Below, piece by piece: positions 57,012 to 64,000 of a stretch of 64,000 nt of DNA (its first letter is position 1; every line of letters begins with the position of its first letter). The stretch is from NCBI GenBank assembly GCA_945861645.1, contig CAMAVZ010000003.1, forward strand, positions 1 through 64,000, given 5' to 3'. The stretch is from Opitutus sp. GAS368. Its GTDB lineage: Bacteria; Verrucomicrobiota; Verrucomicrobiia; Opitutales; Opitutaceae. The notes under the pieces are model-generated. The model did no database searches, was not told where the DNA came from, and saw nothing but the letters and a program-made list of their open reading frames with translations. A program made the position numbers and the translations under genes.

Positions 57012-59228
57012 TTATTTTCCGGCTTGAGCTAAAGCATCGAGGACGATCTGCGGGGTTAGCAGTTCGGGCAGAATGATCGGTTGGAGTTTACCTGGAGCGT
57101 AGATTAAATTGAAAGGCACTGCGGAGCGGTTCCAGCGGGCGAGCTCGGCGGTGATGAGAGGATCACGATTCGTCCAATCGCCGCGGAGTAACACGGTCTG
57201 GTGCTGCGCCAGCGCGGCGAGCACGGCGTCGTGATGGAACACGGTCGCCTTATTCGTTTGGCAAGTGGCGCACCAGCGCGCGGTGAAATCTACATAGACA
57301 AATTTGCCCGCGGCTTGAGCTGCAGCTATGGCCGCGGGACTCCATTTCTCCCAAGTGACTTGGTAGCTGCCAGCTGTCGTGGGGGCTGCGGTTGTTTGGG
57401 GCCAACCCGTATAAAGACCGCTCGCGAGCAGGAGTGCCGCGCCGATCCGACCGGCTAATTGGCGCTGAGGTTTTCCTGACGCCTGACCAAAACGGCCGTA
57501 AGCCCATGCTGCCATCGCGACGAGCACGAAGCCGAAGGAGATTAACAACAGGGCGTTGTCATCATCCTTAGTCTGGCCGGCGAGTACCCACAACAACCAG
57601 CCGACGGTCGCATAAAGGGGGAAGGCCATGAATTGTTTAAACGTTTCCATCCATGCGCCAGGCTTGGGGAGCAGTTTGATCGCTTGCGGAAAAATTGAAA
57701 ACAGCAGGTACGGGAGCGCGAGCCCGAGGGCGATCGCGGTAAAAATCAGGAAAGCTTGTCCCGCGGAGAGGGACAGCGCCGCGCCCAACGCTGGCGCCAG
57801 AAAGGGGGCACTGCAGGGAGTCGCGACGAGCGTGGCTAAAGCGCCGGTGAAAAATGATCCGGCAAAACCATCCTGCATCTGTAGATTGCCGCCGACACTC
57901 GTGGCGGACAGCCCTACTTCAAAAAGCCCACTTAAGTTGAGGGCAAAAATCAGCAGGAACACGGCCATGCCAAAAACAAAAACGGGCGATTGGAGTTGGA
58001 ATCCCCAGCCGAGTTGAGCGCCGCCGGCGCGGAGCATCAAAAGCGCGCCCGCTAGCGCCCAAAATGAAACCAGTACGCCGAGCGTAAAAGTCAGACCATG
58101 CGCGGTGATTTTTTTACGGTCATTACCGGATTGGTTAACGAAGCCGAGGATCTTGATGCCGAGCACGGGGAAAACGCAGGGCATCAGATTCAAGATTAAG
58201 CCACCAATGAAAGCCAAGCCGAGGGTGGCGAGCAAGCTGCTGGGAGCGACGAGTGCAGTGGGCGGCGGGGTCGGGTTGGCTGTTGGGCGCGTGACCGTGG
58301 GAAGGGTCGGCCCTGCATCGGCACTGAAGGCCACATCGATCACCAAACCGCCGTAGCTGGCACCAGCCGACCAGCCATTGGCTGAGGCGAGCACTCCGGT
58401 GAGGCGCTTCGTCGTTTTATCAGCGGCGGCATCGAGCGGCAGAACTAAGACCCAGCCGTCATGGTCAGCGGTCACTTTCGCTAGCTGAGTATAATCGGTG
58501 AGGGCATCAGTCGCGAAGAAATGCAGCTCCGTCGGCTTATGGGTATTACCCGACTTTGGGGTGAGCCGTAGGGTGACATTTTTGTCGTCGTGCGTAGCGG
58601 TGAGATTCCACTCGGTGGCGGCGACGGGGAGTTGCGCCCGAGCCTGAGTAATCGGCTGGGCCCATTGGGCGTCAGGTTGGGCGGTGGAGGCGACGTCGAA
58701 AGCGATTTCCAGTTTCGCCTCACCGGGCATGCAGACGTCTTGGCACATGAGCCACTCGGTGGCGGCCGCGAGTTTGATTTTTGTGCCGGGAGCCAGGGGC
58801 GCGGCAGCGGCCGGTTGGCCGCTCGATGTTGGGCCTAGATTCTCGCCGGCACGAAGCTCGGGCCGTGCTGGCGGCGTGATTTCCACAAGGAGAAAGGACT
58901 CGTCGCTGTAGCCATTGCCCACAATTTTTCTCGAGGAGTCGCGCAAAATGGTGGGCGTCGGCCATTGAATTTCGCCGGCCTTAAAACCAGCCGGCAAAGT
59001 CCAATTGATGGAAGTGGGATAGCCGGTGCCTGCGGCAATCCAGTAACTGTGCCAGTGCGGGTCGTGCTGCATTCGCAGGGCAATCGTAAATGGCTTGCCC
59101 GCTTCGAGGGCGGCAGATGCCGATACGAGAGAGACCTGGACCGAGCCATTTTTTACTACTGGGGATTCAGCGGCCCAAAGCAGCGCGGGCAGGAGAAACA
59201 GAACAGAGAGGTGGCGAAGAAAATTCAT
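57012..59228 (-). CDS. dsbD: Thiol:disulfide interchange protein, DsbD family
   Basis: WHSYW and WLMCQDVC (N domain); LNLMPCVFPV and ATPCSAPF (TM domain); DFTARWCATC (thioredoxin domain). Confidence 0.92.
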   Translation of the reverse strand: MNFLRHLSVLFLLPALLWAAESPVVKNGSVQVSLVSASAALEAGKPFTIALRMQHDPHWHSYWIAAGTGYPTSINWTLPAGFKAGEIQWPTPTILRDSSRKIVGNGYSDESFLLVEITPPARPELRAGENLGPTSSGQPAAAAPLAPGTKIKLAAATEWLMCQDVCMPGEAKLEIAFDVASTAQPDAQWAQPITQARAQLPVAATEWNLTATHDDKNVTLRLTPKSGNTHKPTELHFFATDALTDYTQLAKVTADHDGWVLVLPLDAAADKTTKRLTGVLASANGWSAGASYGGLVIDVAFSADAGPTLPTVTRPTANPTPPPTALVAPSSLLATLGLAFIGGLILNLMPCVFPVLGIKILGFVNQSGNDRKKITAHGLTFTLGVLVSFWALAGALLMLRAGGAQLGWGFQLQSPVFVFGMAVFLLIFALNLSGLFEVGLSATSVGGNLQMQDGFAGSFFTGALATLVATPCSAPFLAPALGAALSLSAGQAFLIFTAIALGLALPYLLFSIFPQAIKLLPKPGAWMETFKQFMAFPLYATVGWLLWVLAGQTKDDDNALLLISFGFVLVAMAAWAYGRFGQASGKPQRQLAGRIGAALLLASGLYTGWPQTTAAPTTAGSYQVTWEKWSPAAIAAAQAAGKFVYVDFTARWCATCQTNKATVFHHDAVLAALAQHQTVLLRGDWTNRDPLITAELARWNRSAVPFNLIYAPGKLQPIILPELLTPQIVLDALAQAGK

Positions 59229-59393
59229 CGGGCAAGTAGCGGGGAAAGAAATATTTTAGCGAAGGCTAAGTGACAAGATGCGCGAGTCGGCTCCAAAGAC
59301 AAGACTCTGGCGATAGGCCGATGGGATTAAAGGACGGATTTATTTGGGCTGGTTTGCCGCAAGCGGGAAAGCTAGAACTCATTCTTTAGATTT

Positions 59394-59933
59394 GTGAACC
59401 TACCCCCTAAACCCCCGGCGCCACCTGAGCAATGGTTCAAGGATGAGGTGCAGCCGCACGGCACCTCCCTGCGGGCATACGTCCGCGGGCGTTTCCCGGG
59501 CATACGGGATGTGGACGATGTGGTGCAGGAATCTTATCTCCGCATTTGGCAGGCACGGGCGCGGCATCCCATTCAGTCGGCGCGGGCCTTTTTATTTCGG
59601 ATCGCGCGTAATCTCGCCCTCGACACCGTCCGACACGATCGCCGTTCACCGATAAAGGTCGTAACAGATTTAGCCCACCTGTTCGTCATAGATGATAGAC
59701 CGGATGCCGCTGCGGCCGCTGCTCGTCAGCAGGAAATTGCCCTGCTGGTGGCCGCGATTGATGCGCTGCCGGCTCGCTGTCGTGAAATTTTTATTCTCCG
59801 TAAACTTCGTGGGGTCTCCCAAAAAGATATCGCTGCCCGGCTCGGGCTTTCCGAGCAAACGGTCCAAGTGCAAGCGGCCCGTGGGTTGCGGCGCGTGGCC
59901 GATTCACTCCGCCGGCAACTGAGCCCACTATGA
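59394..59933 (+). CDS. ECF sigma-70 factor (FecI-like)
   Basis: DVDDVVQESYLRIW, FLFRIARNLALD, LPARCREIFILRK..G.SQK.IAARLGLSEQTV. GTG start. Confidence 0.92.
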   Translation: MNLPPKPPAPPEQWFKDEVQPHGTSLRAYVRGRFPGIRDVDDVVQESYLRIWQARARHPIQSARAFLFRIARNLALDTVRHDRRSPIKVVTDLAHLFVIDDRPDAAAAAARQQEIALLVAAIDALPARCREIFILRKLRGVSQKDIAARLGLSEQTVQVQAARGLRRVADSLRRQLSPL

Positions 59934-61018
59934 GCACTTCTTCGACTTATGGGCAAACTTCCCCGCCGGCGATTGAGGCGGCGGCAGCTGATTGGGTGAC
60001 GCGCTGTGATGCGGGTCTGACCTCCGCCGAGCAGCAGATTTTTCAAGATTGGCTGGGCGCAGATGCGCGTCATGCGGATGCCTTTGATCGGCTAACCGAG
60101 GCTTGGTCTGTATTTGATCGAGTCCAAGGCAGCGGGGCAATCAGCGCGGTCCTAGCTGGATTGGCGGTGCGGGCTAGCCAACGGCGCCGGCGTCAGCTGC
60201 AAGGAGCGGCCGCGGCTGGGATTATTTTAGTCAGCGGATTATTTTTCCTGCGCTCTCGTCTTGGGGAAGCTGAGCCAATGAGCCGCCCGGCAGCGAAGGC
60301 CCCGATTCAAGAAATCTCGATCGTGGCTAATAATGCTATTCGTCAGTTGCCAGATGGATCCATTGTAGAGCTGAAAGTGGGGGCAGAAATTTCGGTGCAT
60401 TATGAGGCGGCAGCGCGTCGCGTAACGCTCATTAATGGCGAGGCCTATTTTCGCGTAATGAAAGACACGGCTCGCCCATTTTATGTGGAAGCTAACGGCA
60501 TTGCGGTCCGCGCCGTCGGGACGGCTTTCTCGGTGCAGCTGCAGCCGTCGGCCGTAGAGATTTTTGTGAAAGAAGGTGCGGTTGATGTCGGGCGCACCGC
60601 GGTCGGACGAGCGCCCGCGGGCGGCGATAACCGCGTGGTGCGGGTCGTTGCCGGGAAGCGATTTGTCGCTTTGACTAAATTAAGGTTACCCAAATCGATT
60701 AAAGGAACGGCCCCCGTTCGCCTGGAATCCTTTGCCGAGCCGCAGTTGGTATCTGCAGCGGAGATGGCTCACCAGCTAGCTTGGCGTGATACTCGGCAGG
60801 ATTTCAACGGCACGACATTGAGCGAAGCGGTGGCGTTATTAAACCGACATAATGTAACGCAAATATCGATTGAAGATCCGGTGGTGGGCGCCTGGCGCGT
60901 CAGCGGGAGTTTTCGCTCGGATAATCCTGAGGGGTTTGCCCGAATCGTCGGGGAGAGTTTTGACCTGCAAACTGATAAGCAAGGCGAGCACTTGCTTCTA
61001 TTACGGCGTACGCCCTGA
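59930..61018 (+). CDS. fecR: FecR family anti-sigma/sensor protein
   Basis: IEAAAADWV...FQDWL.AD.RH, one TM segment, LPDGS.VEL, GEAYFRV.KD..RPF.V, VRAVGTAF.V, LAWR, VSGSF. Confidence 0.9.
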   Translation: MSTSSTYGQTSPPAIEAAAADWVTRCDAGLTSAEQQIFQDWLGADARHADAFDRLTEAWSVFDRVQGSGAISAVLAGLAVRASQRRRRQLQGAAAAGIILVSGLFFLRSRLGEAEPMSRPAAKAPIQEISIVANNAIRQLPDGSIVELKVGAEISVHYEAAARRVTLINGEAYFRVMKDTARPFYVEANGIAVRAVGTAFSVQLQPSAVEIFVKEGAVDVGRTAVGRAPAGGDNRVVRVVAGKRFVALTKLRLPKSIKGTAPVRLESFAEPQLVSAAEMAHQLAWRDTRQDFNGTTLSEAVALLNRHNVTQISIEDPVVGAWRVSGSFRSDNPEGFARIVGESFDLQTDKQGEHLLLLRRTP

Positions 61019-61049
61019 ACTTGAGCATCCAAGGGCGGCAAAAATAATT

Positions 61050-61078
61050 GTAACAGATTTTGCCGGCTGGGGCGTGGT
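61050..61078 (+). promoter_or_regulatory. Putative ECF-sigma promoter for the TonB-dependent receptor
   Basis: GTAAC-N18-CGT arrangement (AAC/CGT-type ECF elements). 19/26 nt identical to 59661-59686 inside the sigma gene. Confidence 0.55.
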
Positions 61079-61275
61079 GTAGGAAACCCCTGCGGTCCTC
61101 CCTTGGAGTATTTTTACAGCTGAATGCTTACCCCTGTTATTTTTAAAAAAATATTTGCGAACGATTAGGCAAGGGTATGTTTGTTGCCTTTACGCAACAA
61201 CTAAGGTTAAAATCTTAGTTAACCTTCACTCGACTCGGTCGTCCACATTCTGTGGGGGGCCAATCACAACACACC

Positions 61276-64000
61276 ATGACCCAAGTAATCTCGTTTCCCC
61301 GTCTACGAAATCATTACGCGCTAGCAGCGCTGTGCGCTCTGGCGTTAACACTAGTATCTCATGCAGCTGAGGTTAAGCATTTTAGCATCTCTGCTGCTTC
61401 CGCGACCGCCGCGATTAAAGATTTTTCCAGCCAATCAGGGGGCGAGGTCTTGGTGCCCACGGACGCGGTGGCCGGCATCAGTACCCATGCGGTGGAAGGG
61501 GACATGACGCCGCGACAAGCGTTGGAACAGATGGTGGCGGGCACGGGGTTGGTTGTCATTCAGGATGAAAAAACCGGAGCCCTTGGTCTGCGCCTTAATC
61601 CTGACCGCGCAAAAAACGTCGAGAGCCGTCAGGTCATGGTGCCGACGGCCAAGGTCACAAAAAGTGAAACGGGCGCCCTTAAGCTTGAGACTTATTCGGT
61701 CCTCGGTTCCCGCATTCGGCAAACCGAGACCGCTGGCCCTTCCCCCGTTAGTTCATATGATAAAGAATATATTCGGGCTACTGGCTCGATGACGTTGTCA
61801 GATTTTCTTAATCAAATCCCGCAAACCTATGCGGGTATTGCCTCCGGTCGCGGGAGCGCGCCGAACGAATTGAATCCTGAATTCGGCCAACGTACTGAGA
61901 CGAGCAATCCGGCGTTCAATCTGGTGCTAGGCTCATCCGCCGCTCCTCCGGGGCAGACGGGCGTTTCGGGAGTCAGCTTGCGCGGCCTTGGATCTGGCTC
62001 GACGCTTGTATTAGTCGATGGCCGGCGGGCAGCGCAATCGGGTAACGGTAATCGCTCGACGGACACGCGGCAGGGTTTCGTTGATTTGAATACCATTCCG
62101 TTAGGCATGGTTGATCGCATTGAGGTCATCACTGATGGGGCCTCGGCGATTTATGGTGCCGATGCGGTGGCGGGGGTTATCAACATCATCCTCAAAAAGA
62201 ATTTCACCGGCACCGAATTATCAGGCGGCTATAAAGTCTCCCAGCATGGTGGCGGCGCGGAGCGGAATGTTTCCGTCATTAGTGGATTTTCTTATGGAAA
62301 ATTGAGCGGCTCGGTAGCGATCGAGTATTATGACCGAGAAGACCTCAAAGCTGCTCAGCGTTCTTTCTCTAAAAACCAAAATCACACTGGCATTCAGGCT
62401 GGCACGCTGACGGCAACCGGCTTGCCTAAATACGGCGTCGATTGGCGGCTTAATTGGGGCTTCCCAGCTGTAATCCAAGCTTCCGGCGGTACGGTCTCGG
62501 GAAATTTTGATGCCCTGCCCGGCGTGCGCGTTGTGATGGTTCCCGTCGGGGCTACGAGCACCCCAACATTGGCGCAATTTCAGACGGTGCTGACGCCGGC
62601 CCCTGGAGCCACGTTGGTGAATGCCTCGCAGCAGCGCCGAGCCAACACGGCCGAATATCTCGCCTTGATTCCTGAATCAAAGCGAAAGGGCTTGAGCGGT
62701 AATTTCAATTATCGCTTTAACGATCATCTGGATGTTTTCACGAGTCTCCGCACCAGCGAGACGCGCAGTTTTTACACCGCGCAGCCCGGGGCGAATTCGA
62801 TTACCGGTGGTTTCGGTGCTGCCGTAACTTTGCCGGCAGCTTATAATCCATTTAATCAAAATGTGACCATCGGCATGATTCTGCCTGAATGGGGTGCGCA
62901 ATCCCAGCGCGTGCGGACTTTAGATGATGCAATTACGGCTGGCTTGAGGGGTAAGTTTGGCCAGACGTGGGAATGGGAACTCGGGACCAATTGGGAAGAG
63001 CAAAAAGTTCGGCAGATCTCGCGTAATTTTAATCCGGCCCCGTTCGCCGCGATGTTAATCGCCGCCGATCCGGCCCAGCGTTTTAATCCCTTTATCGATT
63101 CCAGTGCCCCCGGGGCGCCTTCCCAAGCGGCCTTGCTCGAGACACTCGCGCTTTATCCGTCGCTGGCCTCAGTTTCCAAGCAGATGGGATTAGATTTTTC
63201 CGCCAACGGTAATCTGCTCGACCTCTGGGGCGGCTCGATGAAAATGGCTGTCGGTGGCTCCAATTTGAAGGGCGAGATGCAGAGCACCGCGGTCAATTAT
63301 TCTTCCGTGCTGATTCCCGTCGCGACGATGACGACTGTCACCGGCGAGCAAACCACGAAGGCCATGTTTGCCGAGTTGAGTGTGCCGATCGTGGGCAAGC
63401 CCAATGCGCAGCCGCTGCTGCGTCGTTTAGATTTAAATCTGGCGGAACGTTATGAAGATAACGGCCGCTTCTCGAAAACGGTGCCGAAGTATGGGGTCTC
63501 CTGGACTCCCGTGCAGTCGTTGTTAATCCGTGCAAATTGGAGCGAGGGCTTCCGGGCCCCTGGCATTACGGAATACATGGTCGCGCCATCAATTGTGACC
63601 TCAACCCTGCTCGATCCTCGGCGCACGCCAACATCGACGACAGGTATCGTGGAATCACGGGGCTCTAATTTAAATCCTCGGCCCGAACTTTCGAAAAACA
63701 CGTTTGCGGGCATCGTCTATGAGCCCTCTTGGGTCAAGGGGCTCAGTTTACAGGTTAATTATTATGATACCGTGCAGAAAGATGTGCTGCAGTTGATCAC
63801 CGCCCAGTCGATCATCAACAATGAGTCGCTCTTCACTGATCGCATCACGCGGGCCGCGGCCACGCCGGCGGATACCGCACTTAATCAGCCCGGACAAATC
63901 ACGGCGATCAGTCGCATCTTCGTCAATTTCGGCCAAGTGGTGAATCGGAGTATGGATTTTGTGGCCGACTATCGTCTGCCTGGGGAGCAATTGGGTCGTT
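61276..64000 (+). CDS. TonB-dependent receptor with N-terminal signalling (STN) domain, partial at window end
   Basis: Absent from the ORF track, consistent with having no stop inside the window. Manual translation from ATG 61276 gives a signal peptide, an STN-like FSISA..A..AIKDFSSQSG...V.G.MTPRQALEQM..GTGL segment, YSVLGSRIR, and plug motifs VSLRGLGSGSTLVLVDGRR and DLNTIPLGMVDRIEVITDGASAIYGADAVAGVINIILK. Confidence 0.93.
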   Translation, partial: MTQVISFPRLRNHYALAALCALALTLVSHAAEVKHFSISAASATAAIKDFSSQSGGEVLVPTDAVAGISTHAVEGDMTPRQALEQMVAGTGLVVIQDEKTGALGLRLNPDRAKNVESRQVMVPTAKVTKSETGALKLETYSVLGSRIRQTETAGPSPVSSYDKEYIRATGSMTLSDFLNQIPQTYAGIASGRGSAPNELNPEFGQRTETSNPAFNLVLGSSAAPPGQTGVSGVSLRGLGSGSTLVLVDGRRAAQSGNGNRSTDTRQGFVDLNTIPLGMVDRIEVITDGASAIYGADAVAGVINIILKKNFTGTELSGGYKVSQHGGGAERNVSVISGFSYGKLSGSVAIEYYDREDLKAAQRSFSKNQNHTGIQAGTLTATGLPKYGVDWRLNWGFPAVIQASGGTVSGNFDALPGVRVVMVPVGATSTPTLAQFQTVLTPAPGATLVNASQQRRANTAEYLALIPESKRKGLSGNFNYRFNDHLDVFTSLRTSETRSFYTAQPGANSITGGFGAAVTLPAAYNPFNQNVTIGMILPEWGAQSQRVRTLDDAITAGLRGKFGQTWEWELGTNWEEQKVRQISRNFNPAPFAAMLIAADPAQRFNPFIDSSAPGAPSQAALLETLALYPSLASVSKQMGLDFSANGNLLDLWGGSMKMAVGGSNLKGEMQSTAVNYSSVLIPVATMTTVTGEQTTKAMFAELSVPIVGKPNAQPLLRRLDLNLAERYEDNGRFSKTVPKYGVSWTPVQSLLIRANWSEGFRAPGITEYMVAPSIVTSTLLDPRRTPTSTTGIVESRGSNLNPRPELSKNTFAGIVYEPSWVKGLSLQVNYYDTVQKDVLQLITAQSIINNESLFTDRITRAAATPADTALNQPGQITAISRIFVNFGQVVNRSMDFVADYRLPGEQLGR

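Noticed and set aside
61155-63990. Short ORFs listed over the last 3 kb
   Set aside because: The region is occupied by one long TonB-dependent receptor frame from 61276 that runs off the window.

Overview
This is bacterial chromosomal DNA, moderately GC-rich. The gene content points to Verrucomicrobiota, probably Opitutae (inferred from PVC-type CxxCH proteins, DUF1080 proteins, SWIB and SET proteins and a FecI/FecR/TonB receptor triplet). The window opens with tRNA-Glu(TTC). A minus-strand sugar-catabolism cluster of about 18 kb follows: two giant PVC-type heme-c dehydrogenase-like proteins, Tm-1/UPF0261, a PEP-hydrolase-like TIM barrel, two cupins, galactokinase, a tandem DUF1080 protein, an MFS transporter and a Gfo/Idh/MocA oxidoreductase. 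Housekeeping and accessory genes fill the middle (cstA, PPIases, ppnP, xth-SET-pncC, dusB, patB, a heterodimeric ABC exporter, SWIB, dsbD). The window ends in an ECF sigma / FecR / TonB-dependent receptor locus that runs off the end. Main observations: (1) a promoter-like motif upstream of the TonB receptor is repeated inside the coding sequence of its own sigma factor, upstream of fecR; (2) Tm-1 and TIM-barrel genes are embedded in a putative 3-keto-glycoside oxidation cluster; (3) a perfect 35-bp palindrome with an AT-rich core sits among short tandem repeats; (4) several gene relics and one in-frame amber stop are present; (5) dsbD carries a palindromic in-frame insertion; (6) there is a Pho-box-like array, a structured leader on the RRM gene and an unlisted 27-aa membrane ORF. 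No CRISPR array, rRNA, integrase or transposase was seen. All family assignments come from motif recognition by eye, not from database searches.
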